50,768 bases of DNA from the sequence record NC_101820.1; one strand, 5' to 3'. The position numbers were made by a program, and so were the translations under genes. The stretch comes from a phage. The notes below the pieces were generated by a model that ran no database searches, was not told the origin of the DNA, and worked only from the letters and a program-made list of their open reading frames with translations. Position 1 is the stretch's first letter; every line of letters begins with the position of its first letter. Below, one piece after another: positions 1 to 7,847 of this stretch.

Positions 1-3
1 ACA

Positions 4-31
4 TTGACACGCACCAAATAGCTTTTATAAT
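4..31 (+). promoter_or_regulatory. sigma70-type consensus promoter (TTGACA, 16-nt spacer, TATAAT)
   Basis: TTGACA at 4-9 and TATAAT at 26-31, directly upstream of the first plus-strand gene. Confidence 0.6.
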
Positions 32-62
32 GCGCCAACAGTCAACAACTGGAGGAAAGGAA

Positions 63-527
63 ATGGAACAGAAGACCACTAAGGACTATTGCGATTGGCT
101 TCGCGAGCTTGGTCGCCGCCTGGCTAGTGGCGATATTGAAGAGTATAAAATGTCACTAATTGACCTGGCCGGAATGTTAAGCGGTGACGACTGCTACAAG
201 ATCACGCGCAGTTCATCCTACAGCCGGACCATTATCAACCGCGTTCCAGAAGTAAGGGCCGCAGGTCGGGTAAGCATCAAGGTAGAGGAAACGGAAGATG
301 ATAAATTTTACGTTTTCCGCATGGTCCGCGAATCGAAAAGGAAAATCATCACACCCGAAGAATTGCCAGCCATCAAGGCAAGGGCGATCAAAAAGTTTGC
401 CGATCGCATACTGGCAGCAATCCCGAATATCGTTGACCTGGAAGGGGATAAACTGGCTGGGGCTTGCGAGGGCGTAAGCCGCTACCAGGATATGATCCGC
501 GAAATCATCAAAGAGGAAGAGCAATGA
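63..527 (+). CDS. hypothetical early protein (154 aa), first gene after the consensus promoter
   Basis: ATG at 63 preceded by GGAGGAAAGG; in frame with track ORF 30..527; no recognisable domain. Confidence 0.6.
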   Translation: MEQKTTKDYCDWLRELGRRLASGDIEEYKMSLIDLAGMLSGDDCYKITRSSSYSRTIINRVPEVRAAGRVSIKVEETEDDKFYVFRMVRESKRKIITPEELPAIKARAIKKFADRILAAIPNIVDLEGDKLAGACEGVSRYQDMIREIIKEEEQ

Positions 528-796
528 AAAAGGCATTAATCAGCGTTCTGGCGGCAATGGCATTCCTGACCGGATGCAAAGAAGATGGCGCGCATGTTGG
601 CAATGTGCAGATGGCTAACCCTGGTGATGACTACAGCGTAAGGGAGCTATTCACCGCTGACGGTTGCACCGTTTACCGATTCTATGACGATCGCACTGTT
701 TACTTCACCAACTGCAAGGGCACTACTAGCTGGGAAGTGTCGAAAAGCAATGGCAAAAGCACGAAGACAGAACATATGACCGTCGAGACAAAATAG
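524..796 (+). CDS. small lipoprotein (signal peptide with lipobox LTGC)
   Basis: ATG overlaps the upstream stop (ATGA); N-terminus MKKALISVLAAMAFLTGC; in frame with track ORF 464..796. Confidence 0.6.
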   Translation: MKKALISVLAAMAFLTGCKEDGAHVGNVQMANPGDDYSVRELFTADGCTVYRFYDDRTVYFTNCKGTTSWEVSKSNGKSTKTEHMTVETK

Positions 797-836
797 CACT
801 TTTTGTTAAAACTCAAAAACGATAACCAGGCATAAT
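794..836 (+). promoter_or_regulatory. conserved 19-nt motif with -10-like CATAAT at offset +37
   Basis: TAGCACTTTTTGTTAAAAC starts with the TAG stop of the upstream gene; CATAAT at 831-836. Confidence 0.5.
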
Positions 837-839
837 ACA

Positions 840-1010
840 CACATAGACGGGCGGCAAGGATTGCTGCGGGAGAGGAGCGACGCAGGGGCTTGATCGAAGT
901 GTCAGGATTCCCAACCGTGAGGCCAGAACTATCACACTCGCCACCAGGCAGAACGCTAGATAGGTCACTGAACTGAGGCTACCGACGAAGTGAAGCCCGT
1001 CACCAAAGAT
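840..1010 (+). ncRNA. candidate structured GC-rich leader or small RNA
   Basis: About 170 nt of GC-rich sequence without a convincing ORF; terminal complementarity GACGGGC...GCCCGTC. Confidence 0.2.
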
Positions 1011-1038
1011 TAAACGGTTATTTATGTGAAAGGGGTTA

Positions 1039-1221
1039 ATGATGGATAAGATCATCAAAATGAGCGAAGTCAAGCCGGGAATGATGGTTAAGTTTGCTGG
1101 CAAATATCGCCTAGTGCTGGATAACTGCCGCAAAGAGAACATTCTTACAATTCGTGTAAATGGCAAGGCGCAGCTATTCGCCCCTAACGCAGATATTGAC
1201 GTTGAAGTTAGAATTAAGTAA
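1039..1221 (+). CDS. hypothetical small protein (60 aa)
   Basis: Track ORF; GGGG-rich RBS a few nt upstream of the ATG. Confidence 0.5.
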   Translation: MMDKIIKMSEVKPGMMVKFAGKYRLVLDNCRKENILTIRVNGKAQLFAPNADIDVEVRIK

Positions 1222-1236
1222 TTAGGAGAAATCACC

Positions 1237-2130
1237 ATGTTAAAACTTGCTGACATTAAATTCCCGATCACCTTCGAATCTCGCGGCATTGGTCATTACA
1301 TTTTTACCGATGAAAAAACATGCCATAAGGTTGATATGAATAGCGACAAACTAAGCCCATCAGACATGGAGATTGAACACTTCATTGATGCGCACAATAC
1401 GCAGTACAACGCACTTAAAGACTATGGCTATGCAATGCCAGGATATACCAGCTTCCACTACAAGCCATATAAAGGCCAGGTGTTGCCAGTGCGCTCACCG
1501 GAACGCGCAGAGATTCCGATGGTCGAGATGAAAACATGCGACTATAAAAAGCTGTGGTGCTTAAGTGTTGACAATATCAAGTATCCGATCACGTTCTACA
1601 CGGTTGGTAATTCAACGATTCGATTCACATCGCGCGACAATGGCGTTTATAGCGATGGTACGAAATCAGAGTTGAAAGTTGATTTCTTTGTCAACGGTCA
1701 CAATAGATACAATCCGCACAACGAAAAAGATAAAGTGTATTACGTGGAAGATATTACAAAACACTTATTTGGAGAAACTCCATTCGGCGGCGGTAAGACG
1801 TCAATTCAAAAAATCATTGGCGATGAGATCCACAAAGCGGCTGCCGAAATGAAAGCGCCTGGAGGCTGGCGTATTGACAAGAGCGCATTTGCAAATCAAG
1901 AAATCGTAACGCAGGGCGCAATTGAAGATATGCCAGTTGCAGCCACTCTAAAAGGAGTCCGGCTTGATGACGGCACCTGGTATGAAGTAACGGCTACACC
2001 AAAGACGATCGAGATTCATGATGACGTTGTTATCCTTCTGCTTCACTACGGCGGCTATAAAAACCGGACGATTGCAGGTGAGATCAGCATTAAGCGCGGA
2101 ACGATGGTTAAGTGGAAGGTGAAGATTTGA
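1237..2130 (+). CDS. hypothetical protein (297 aa) with an internal duplicated segment
   Basis: Track ORF with RBS AGGAG; IKFPITFESRG...YIFTDEK recurs as IKYPITFYTVG...IRFTSRD. Confidence 0.7.
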   Translation: MLKLADIKFPITFESRGIGHYIFTDEKTCHKVDMNSDKLSPSDMEIEHFIDAHNTQYNALKDYGYAMPGYTSFHYKPYKGQVLPVRSPERAEIPMVEMKTCDYKKLWCLSVDNIKYPITFYTVGNSTIRFTSRDNGVYSDGTKSELKVDFFVNGHNRYNPHNEKDKVYYVEDITKHLFGETPFGGGKTSIQKIIGDEIHKAAAEMKAPGGWRIDKSAFANQEIVTQGAIEDMPVAATLKGVRLDDGTWYEVTATPKTIEIHDDVVILLLHYGGYKNRTIAGEISIKRGTMVKWKVKI

Positions 2131-2206
2131 GTTTGCTCACTGCGGCGCACGTCGCCGCATGGATCGGATTGTTTTCCTACCTGTTTAGCTTTTATTGAGG
2201 TGAGAG

Positions 2207-2359
2207 ATGGCTACCTGGATTTTGCTGATTCTTATGATTGATGGCGGCGTTGACCATATCGAAATGAATAGCCAGCAATCTTGCATTGAGGCACGAGAGC
2301 AGATCAAGAACAACAACTGGTTTTATGTGTACACTCACACGCTATGTATTAAGAAATAG
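2207..2359 (+). CDS. small hydrophobic peptide (50 aa), paralog of 3648..3809
   Basis: ATG at 2207 after GAGGTGAGAG; MATWILLILMIDGG...; its TAG stop is the first triplet of the 19-nt motif. Confidence 0.4.
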   Translation: MATWILLILMIDGGVDHIEMNSQQSCIEAREQIKNNNWFYVYTHTLCIKK

Positions 2360-2398
2360 CACTTTTTGTTAAAACTCAAATGTGGGGCCAGGTATAAT
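2357..2398 (+). promoter_or_regulatory. conserved 19-nt motif with TATAAT inside a GGCC hairpin loop
   Basis: TAGCACTTTTTGTTAAAAC at 2357; GGCCaggTATAATGGCC with TATAAT at 2393-2398. Confidence 0.5.
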
Positions 2399-2428
2399 GG
2401 CCTCACTTTCAACGAAGGAGATAAAACG

Positions 2429-2650
2429 ATGTACATTAAAAAGAAGATGAAATGCGTTTCCGTTAACTATGCTTGCTCTGGCATGTTCAAGCCTGGCGAA
2501 ATCTATACGGCGCAAAAACTGAAAACATCAACCGGATCTTTTTACGTGAGCAATAGTAAGGGGCATCGCATGTTCCTGAACGGCGGCGAAGGCACTAAGG
2601 TTATGGCACACGCTATGGTAATGGCTGAATTTGAGGAAGTGAAACAATGA
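2429..2650 (+). CDS. small protein (73 aa), member of a four-copy family
   Basis: ATG at 2429 after AAGGAG; shares the KCV...FYLNGG-GT...AEFEEVK pattern with 2647..2892. Confidence 0.55.
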   Translation: MYIKKKMKCVSVNYACSGMFKPGEIYTAQKLKTSTGSFYVSNSKGHRMFLNGGEGTKVMAHAMVMAEFEEVKQ

Positions 2651-2892
2651 TCATTGAAAACAATTTTCTTTGCGTTAAGAGCAATAGACCATTCTTCACA
2701 CCTGGCAAGGTGTACCAGGGCAAGAAGGACACAAGAGATGGTCACTCTTATCATGTTCACTGCAACAACGGATACAAGTTTTACCTTAACGGCGAGAATG
2801 GAACTGAGATTGTTGCGTTTGAAAACGTAGTTGCAGAGTTCGAGCAGATTACAGACGCGGAATTTGAGGAAGTGAAAGATGAAAACAAATAA
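2647..2892 (+). CDS. small protein (81 aa), tandem paralog of 2429..2650
   Basis: ATGA overlap with upstream gene; LCVKSN...FYLNGENGT...AEFEQ...AEFEEVK. Confidence 0.6.
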   Translation: MIIENNFLCVKSNRPFFTPGKVYQGKKDTRDGHSYHVHCNNGYKFYLNGENGTEIVAFENVVAEFEQITDAEFEEVKDENK

Positions 2893-3100
2893 GCGCGTCA
2901 AGCACAGGTTTACTGATAACCACGGCGACGCGATTGATGTATACAAGTTTGGCGATCGAGTTTTTATTGATGGCACGTTTGAAGGTGGGCGTAGGCCGGA
3001 TTTTAGGTCGATACTTACCGTTGACCAAGTGCGCAAGCTGGCAGATAAGTTAAATGATCTGGCAGATGAAATAGAATACAAGCAAATCCATTTTAATTGA
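2879..3100 (+). CDS. hypothetical protein (73 aa)
   Basis: Track ORF overlapping the previous gene by 14 nt. Confidence 0.45.
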   Translation: MKTNKRVKHRFTDNHGDAIDVYKFGDRVFIDGTFEGGRRPDFRSILTVDQVRKLADKLNDLADEIEYKQIHFN

Positions 3101-3111
3101 TAGGTTTTATA

Positions 3112-3651
3112 ATGAAAAAATACACTTTCGAACTATGGGGCAAGAAGTACGAATTAATCACCAGCAAGCCGATTGTTATCGTTGACCTGGACGGCACACT
3201 ATCGGACGGATCGCATCGTTTGCATTTGCTGCCAACTGAAAACTTGCACCTTACGGAATCGTGGAGCGAATTTAACAGGGCCGCCGCCGGAGATTCACCG
3301 ATTAAAAGCACGATCGCGGTTATTAACGGTTTGTGGGTGTCGGGATTTGCCATCGTCATCTTGACCGGACGCAGCGACGAAGTGCGCTATGAAACATGCA
3401 AATGGTTGAATGAGAACGGCGTGAAGTTTGACGAAATCATCATGCGCCGCCAGGAGGACAACCGAAAGGATACGGTTATTAAAGAAGAAGCCTTGCGCGC
3501 TATTGGCCTGGACAATATTGTTTGCGCCTTTGACGATTCTCCGAACGTTGTTAAGCACTTCCGCAGCCTGGGAATCACAACCTATCAGGTCACGGAATAC
3601 GACAAGCCACACGCTCACATACAATCTCACGGCGTGGAGTGTTTAAAATGA
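3112..3651 (+). CDS. HAD-superfamily phosphatase (possible nucleotidase)
   Basis: Motifs IVIVDLDGTLSDG, ILTGR, a conserved Lys and FDDSPNVV match HAD motifs I-IV; start refined to ATG 3112. Confidence 0.7.
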   Translation: MKKYTFELWGKKYELITSKPIVIVDLDGTLSDGSHRLHLLPTENLHLTESWSEFNRAAAGDSPIKSTIAVINGLWVSGFAIVILTGRSDEVRYETCKWLNENGVKFDEIIMRRQEDNRKDTVIKEEALRAIGLDNIVCAFDDSPNVVKHFRSLGITTYQVTEYDKPHAHIQSHGVECLK

Positions 3652-3809
3652 CTTGGTTGCTTTTAATATTTGTCACAAGTTACAACTCCGCAGCTATTGA
3701 GTCGCAGGAGTTCCACGGCGAATCAAGATGCCAGGAAGCGCGAAAGCAAGTTGTTCTCCACATGTCAGATAGTGGGAAGGATGTAACAGCGTTATGCGTT
3801 CGTAAATAG
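3648..3809 (+). CDS. small hydrophobic peptide (53 aa), paralog of 2207..2359
   Basis: ATGA overlap with upstream stop; MTWLLLIFV...C.EAR.Q...LCVRK; stop is the TAG of the motif. Confidence 0.4.
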   Translation: MTWLLLIFVTSYNSAAIESQEFHGESRCQEARKQVVLHMSDSGKDVTALCVRK

Positions 3810-3850
3810 CACTTTTTGCAAAAAACAGATCATCGGGCTTGCTGTATAGT
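3807..3850 (+). promoter_or_regulatory. conserved motif variant with TATAGT in the loop of a GGGCTT/AAGCCC hairpin
   Basis: TAGCACTTTTTGCAAAAAAC at 3807; TATAGT at 3845-3850. Confidence 0.45.
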
Positions 3851-3881
3851 AAGCCCATCAACAACAAACGAGGATTAAATC

Positions 3882-4145
3882 ATGGCTAACAAGATCGAGT
3901 TTTTTAAAGCTGTAGACATTATCGACGGCGCGCCTAGCTTCTTTGCTATCCATTCTATTGACGGCAAGGATATTGGGTACAACGTTATCCGTCGAGATGG
4001 AATCTCAAAACTTAGCGAACTGGTAGGGCGTATTGTGTCAAACGGGAAATGCGCATGGCCCGATTCGCCACGAGAGCCACGCCGCCGCGACATGGTAGAG
4101 CCTGTTCTGCTTTACACTCTGGTAGTAGAGGGAGAAAATAAATGA
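3882..4145 (+). CDS. hypothetical protein (87 aa)
   Basis: Track ORF; leader ACAACAAACGAGGATTAAA is nearly identical to the leader of minus-strand gene 48863..49060. Confidence 0.55.
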   Translation: MANKIEFFKAVDIIDGAPSFFAIHSIDGKDIGYNVIRRDGISKLSELVGRIVSNGKCAWPDSPREPRRRDMVEPVLLYTLVVEGENK

Positions 4146-4327
4146 TTTTGTTACTTGCTTTTTTGGTTGTTTTTCTTTACATTTCAGGCTTATTCACGTT
4201 CCGCGCGTTTGTGAAATATTCTGGCGCGACAGACAAGGACGATAAAATCGTTCTCGCTTTCTGGTTTGTTTGGGTGTGGTTAGCAATTTACGAGATCATC
4301 AGAGACAAACAGAAATTTGAGTGGTGA
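4142..4327 (+). CDS. small membrane protein (61 aa, two hydrophobic segments)
   Basis: ATGA overlap with upstream gene; hydrophobic stretches LLLAFLVVFLYISGLF and IVLAFWFVWVWLAIY. Confidence 0.5.
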   Translation: MILLLAFLVVFLYISGLFTFRAFVKYSGATDKDDKIVLAFWFVWVWLAIYEIIRDKQKFEW

Positions 4328-4386
4328 TTCTTGCTATGGCGCATTCATGCAGTGCGCCATGTTGAGAAAACCTAAAGGGGGAGACG

Positions 4387-4536
4387 ATGCGTAACTTTGA
4401 AAAAATCATTACCAAAAAGAAGCGTCGCGGGTACGATGAGCATGTGGAGCTTGTGAAAAAGCAACGCAAGAAGCGCAACGAAGACAAGAAGCGCGGGAAA
4501 AAATTTAATGCGATTTTTCGCTATGGAGATCATTAA
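4387..4536 (+). CDS. small highly basic protein (49 aa)
   Basis: Not in track (<60 aa); ATG at 4387 after AAAGGGGGAG; MRNFEKIITKKKRRGY...; preceded by hairpin ATGGCGCA/TGCGCCAT at 4336-4360. Confidence 0.35.
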   Translation: MRNFEKIITKKKRRGYDEHVELVKKQRKKRNEDKKRGKKFNAIFRYGDH

Positions 4537-4538
4537 TC

Positions 4539-5129
4539 ATGAAACGAGACATTATCATCCTTAATGGGCCGCCAGGTTGCGGGAAGGACACTATTGCAGC
4601 TTACCTAACGGGCCATCGTTACCCAGCGGTTAAGGCGTCATTCAAACAGCCGATGTTCGATATTGCGTTTTCCATGCTTGGCCCGACTCGATATGATGAG
4701 TTTATTGACCTGTACAACGACCGTGAGCAAAAAGAAAAGCCTCAAGTTATCTTAGGCGGCAAGTCACCTCGACAATTCATGATCTGGATTAGCGAGGATG
4801 TAATGAAGCCAGTCTTTGGGGATCACTATTTCGGGCGTCGCATGGTTGAAGAGATTCACGAGATGTACCGAGATTTGGCGGTTGTGATCAGTGATGGAGG
4901 ATTCCCCGAAGAAGTCAAGCCGCTTGTTAAGGCAGGGCATGATGTGCATATTTGCCGATTGCATCGCGACGGCTTCACGTTTGCTGGCGATTCGAGAGAC
5001 TACATTGACCTGAGCGGTTATCACTATCGAATCCATCACTATGACTTCCACTTGCAGGACGGCAAGCCGGAACTGGCTGTAAACGAGATCGTCAATGCTG
5101 TCAAATGGAAGCACACAAAGATTAAATAG
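4539..5129 (+). CDS. P-loop kinase, dNMP-kinase-like
   Basis: Walker A GPPGCGKDT; overall pattern resembles phage deoxynucleoside monophosphate kinases (from memory, unverified). Confidence 0.6.
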   Translation: MKRDIIILNGPPGCGKDTIAAYLTGHRYPAVKASFKQPMFDIAFSMLGPTRYDEFIDLYNDREQKEKPQVILGGKSPRQFMIWISEDVMKPVFGDHYFGRRMVEEIHEMYRDLAVVISDGGFPEEVKPLVKAGHDVHICRLHRDGFTFAGDSRDYIDLSGYHYRIHHYDFHLQDGKPELAVNEIVNAVKWKHTKIK

Positions 5130-5169
5130 CACGAATTGCTAAACGCGGGGCGCAATGCCTCGCTATAAT
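5127..5169 (+). promoter_or_regulatory. motif variant (TAGCACGAATTGCTAAAC) with TATAAT at offset +37
   Basis: TAG stop of the kinase gene at 5127-5129; TATAAT at 5164-5169. Confidence 0.45.
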
Positions 5170-5199
5170 GCAAACACCAATCAACGAGAGGAAACAATC

Positions 5200-5601
5200 A
5201 TGGTGGAGTTAAACGACATTCGCGTTGGAACAAAATTTCGCGTAACCTGGGCAGATAAATATTGTGGCGTTAGCAAGGGCCAGGTTGTTGCGGTGGATAG
5301 TATTTATCGTGGTGTTAGTGGTGACTTTCGCCGTCCGCGCATCAATGATGGCTATATCATTACTCGCCGTATTGGCTTTGATAATTATTGCGTAGTGGCG
5401 ACTCAAGGAGTTTTGATTGAGCTTAAGAGAATCAGCGATCATCGCGGTCGTCATGTTAAGGCAATGAAAACACCATTTCAGCGAGCGAGATACGATGCGC
5501 GACGTATGCGCCGACTTGCGCGAAATGCGATCAAGTTCAAAAAGCCTGGCGATGATTTTTACGGCATGTATAAGGGGATTGCTCGCAATGCTGGGAAATA
5601 A
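5200..5601 (+). CDS. hypothetical protein (133 aa)
   Basis: Start refined to ATG 5200 (RBS GAGAGG) downstream of the promoter; in frame with track ORF 5155..5601. Confidence 0.55.
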   Translation: MVELNDIRVGTKFRVTWADKYCGVSKGQVVAVDSIYRGVSGDFRRPRINDGYIITRRIGFDNYCVVATQGVLIELKRISDHRGRHVKAMKTPFQRARYDARRMRRLARNAIKFKKPGDDFYGMYKGIARNAGK

Positions 5602-5700
5602 CAATAACGCAACGAATCCTAAGCCACCTTTTGATTTTCATTCCGCAATGATTGCGGTATTATCAATGCTACTTTTTCTTTATAGCATGAGGGCGCTACT

Positions 5701-5949
5701 ATGGTTTTTAACGCATTGAAACGACTGTTTAAGCCGGAATACCGGATCGTATTTTGCCGCGACTGTTCTACTTATCATGTGCAGAGACGCAGCTTAGGCG
5801 GCAATTGGCACTATGTTACAGATGACTTTTTCGGCATCATTGCCACTGAATTTAAGTGTTATAGCGATGCTTATATGTATGTCAAGAAGCGCCACCGCTT
5901 ACGCAAGTGTCGTTTTTCCGCACTGATTCACTTTAATGATTGTTACTGA
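5701..5949 (+). CDS. hypothetical Cys-rich protein (82 aa)
   Basis: Track ORF; CRDC and C...C pairs suggest a zinc ribbon. Confidence 0.45.
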   Translation: MVFNALKRLFKPEYRIVFCRDCSTYHVQRRSLGGNWHYVTDDFFGIIATEFKCYSDAYMYVKKRHRLRKCRFSALIHFNDCY

Positions 5950-5956
5950 GGTGAAA

Positions 5957-6139
5957 ATGAAAACTGGTGTTATTATTCTTTTTCTGATCCTTTTAGGCAG
6001 CCATTTAACCATTAACTATGAGGGCATTATGGCCTTTTGGGGCAACTTGATGATGTTTGCTGCTGGTTCAATTGCTGGCTACTCTGACGGGAAAAAGGAT
6101 GGTGTGCGCAAGATGCTGATGGGGCTTAAACAAAAATAA
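5957..6139 (+). CDS. small membrane protein (60 aa)
   Basis: ATG at 5957 after GAGGTG; hydrophobic N-terminus MKTGVIILFLILLG; in frame with track ORF 5936..6139. Confidence 0.45.
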   Translation: MKTGVIILFLILLGSHLTINYEGIMAFWGNLMMFAAGSIAGYSDGKKDGVRKMLMGLKQK

Positions 6140-6150
6140 GGAGATATGAA

Positions 6151-6441
6151 ATGGCAAACAAAACTTACCGCAAACTACTGGTTAACGCTTTTGAAAACAT
6201 CGCGCAGTGTAACAAGTGGAACGACTCTAAACACTCGCCAATCACAATGAAGCGCGCCGGATTCAAAAATGCTCGTTCATGGGCGCGAGCTTTCGCAGCT
6301 TGCTATATGCCGGATGGCGGACTAGGGGTGATGAACGATTTTTTGATCAACATGATAGAGGAAGCGGCGCGAGAGGATCGACCGCTGACACAGCGAGATT
6401 TTGACGGCTTCGCGCGCGATGAGCTTTACTATCTGAGTTAA
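6151..6441 (+). CDS. hypothetical protein (96 aa)
   Basis: Track ORF with RBS AAGGAG; its TAA stop sits directly before the TAG of the motif. Confidence 0.55.
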   Translation: MANKTYRKLLVNAFENIAQCNKWNDSKHSPITMKRAGFKNARSWARAFAACYMPDGGLGVMNDFLINMIEEAAREDRPLTQRDFDGFARDELYYLS

Positions 6442-6484
6442 TAGCACTTTTTGTTAAAACTTCCGCAAGGGCATTTGGTAAAGT
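6442..6484 (+). promoter_or_regulatory. conserved 19-nt motif followed by AAGGGCA/TGCCCTT hairpin
   Basis: TAGCACTTTTTGTTAAAAC at 6442; -10-like TAAAGT at 6479-6484 in the hairpin loop. Confidence 0.4.
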
Positions 6485-6516
6485 GCCCTTATTGAAGCGA
6501 AACAGAGGAAAGCGCA

Positions 6517-6729
6517 ATGAAAATCAAAATCACCAAAATCGACACTATCAACGGCGACGGATCAATCACTCTTGAGCAATGTGGCTTGGTTGTTGGTGAT
6601 GTGCTGGAAGTTGACGGACATTTCAGCGACGGATCTTATTGTGTTATTGCGCCGCGCAACAGCGAGTTTATCAAGGCTGGCGACAATATTAGTGTTAACC
6701 ATGACGAATGCGAGGTAGTAGAAGAGTGA
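6517..6729 (+). CDS. hypothetical acidic protein (70 aa)
   Basis: Track ORF with RBS AGAGGAAAG; rich in D/E. Confidence 0.5.
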   Translation: MKIKITKIDTINGDGSITLEQCGLVVGDVLEVDGHFSDGSYCVIAPRNSEFIKAGDNISVNHDECEVVEE

Positions 6730-6959
6730 TCACGATTAACCTTTCAGAGAAGCAAGCATATCAAGTGATGCGCTACATTTCTGGCTTTGGTATGGAAGGC
6801 GCTATGGGTGAAGTTGCGGATCAGATTTGCCGTCAACTTACACCAGCACCAACGCGAGCGGCAGAAACTGCCGCATGGCGCAACGAGGCTGGATACATCC
6901 AGAAAGCTATTGAAGACTGGAAGCGCATAAACGAGACTATGGAGGAATCAGGTTTATGA
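6726..6959 (+). CDS. hypothetical protein (about 77 aa)
   Basis: Track ORF 6708..6959; start uncertain, GTG at 6726 after GAGGTAG proposed. Confidence 0.4.
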   Translation: MITINLSEKQAYQVMRYISGFGMEGAMGEVADQICRQLTPAPTRAAETAAWRNEAGYIQKAIEDWKRINETMEESGL

Positions 6960-7270
6960 TTTATATTCACTACTACCAAATCGGAACTAACGAGAACAAG
7001 AAAGAGCATCGTTTCATCCATGATGATTTGGACAAGGCAAAGGCACAGCAACAGGTTTTAGGCGGTGTCATTCAGGCTTTTGAGCCTGTAGAAGATATTG
7101 AGTACCGCGAGCATTTAAAAGATGTTGTTATTGATGAGATCTCTTGCTTGATTGATGATATGACAAATCACGGCCCTGGTTCCCCGTGGGAAGATGCAGG
7201 ATCTGTAACGTGGGATAAGGCCAAAGTTAAGACGCTAAACAACTTTCGAGAGATTCTCGACGGTTTTTAA
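6956..7270 (+). CDS. hypothetical acidic protein (104 aa)
   Basis: Track ORF with ATGA overlap to the upstream gene. Confidence 0.55.
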   Translation: MIYIHYYQIGTNENKKEHRFIHDDLDKAKAQQQVLGGVIQAFEPVEDIEYREHLKDVVIDEISCLIDDMTNHGPGSPWEDAGSVTWDKAKVKTLNNFREILDGF

Positions 7271-7340
7271 TTAAAAACGCATAGCCGTTAGAGCGCCTAA
7301 ATCGCATTCTAACGAGCTATTTTTCTGGTAAGGTGATTTA

Positions 7341-7469
7341 ATGGATGAGTACAAACAACCCTCGCAATGGTGCAAAGAGAAGCAGGAGGAAGCACTTGAG
7401 CGCGGAGATGTAGAAGAAGCTATGAACTATTTCAAACTTGCGGAAGAATGGAAGGGGAGAGGATACTGA
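7341..7469 (+). CDS. small protein (42 aa)
   Basis: Not in track; ATG at 7341 after AAGGTG; stop overlaps the next start (TGATG). Confidence 0.3.
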   Translation: MDEYKQPSQWCKEKQEEALERGDVEEAMNYFKLAEEWKGRGY

Positions 7470-7699
7470 TGTTCGGCATGAACGAGGCGCAATTCAACGC
7501 AGCTAAACGCCAGGCTAAAAAGTGCGGCGAGGCAATGAAAGCGGATGTGGAAAAGCGCGGGAAGTATGTTGATGAAGTAATGAAGGGAATCATTGCAGAA
7601 CACTACCAGCCAATCGCGCCAATGTTGACGATCACTCAATTCATTTGGCTATGTGGTTACTTGCGCGGACGTTGGGGGAACGCTTTCGACAGGGAATGA
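7469..7699 (+). CDS. hypothetical protein (76 aa)
   Basis: ATG at 7469 after GGAAGGGGAGAGG; in frame with track ORF 7448..7699. Confidence 0.5.
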   Translation: MFGMNEAQFNAAKRQAKKCGEAMKADVEKRGKYVDEVMKGIIAEHYQPIAPMLTITQFIWLCGYLRGRWGNAFDRE

Positions 7700-7728
7700 T
7701 TGACAACTCTTTCCTGATTGGTTAGCAT
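7700..7728 (+). promoter_or_regulatory. sigma70-like promoter (TTGACA, 17-nt spacer, TAGCAT)
   Basis: TTGACA at 7700-7705 immediately after the upstream stop; TAGCAT at 7723-7728. Confidence 0.4.
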
Positions 7729-7788
7729 GGCGTCGTTTACATAAGAGCGGCTTTGTCCGAACGCGTGACGCGATAGTCACACAACAAC

Positions 7789-7847
7789 GGCGATATGCAG
7801 GAGGTTTTTGCAATGCAAAATAATCCGTAAGACGTATCGCCTTTTTT
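7789..7847 (+). terminator. attenuator-like terminator hairpin containing a mini-ORF
   Basis: GGCGATA...TATCGCC stem followed by TTTTTT; inside the hairpin GGAGG, then ATG CAA AAT AAT CCG TAA. Confidence 0.4.

Noticed and set aside
213-536. Minus-strand track ORFs lying antisense inside well-supported genes (213..536, 813..1289, 2542..3081, 9552..9791, 10234..10464, 20478..20843 and similar)
   Set aside because: They overlap genes with RBS, synteny or motif support on the other strand, lack ribosome-binding sites and have low-complexity translations; treated as frame artefacts.
840-1010. A tRNA gene in the GC-rich segment 840-1010
   Set aside because: No acceptor-stem or T-loop (GTTCRANYC-like) arrangement could be found; no tRNA, tmRNA or rRNA was recognised anywhere in the window.
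2139-2158. GC-rich hairpins between genes (for example 2139-2158, 4336-4360, 16621-16645 and the hairpins after each motif copy) as intrinsic terminators
   Set aside because: They lack a following U-tract; only hairpins with a T-run were annotated as terminators. They may still be RNA processing or stability elements.
5495-5719. Track ORF 5495..5719 (74 aa) overlapping the 3' end of 5200..5601
   Set aside because: Most of it is out of frame inside a better-supported gene; only the distal 43 codons (from ATG 5588) might be a small membrane peptide, which is too uncertain to annotate.
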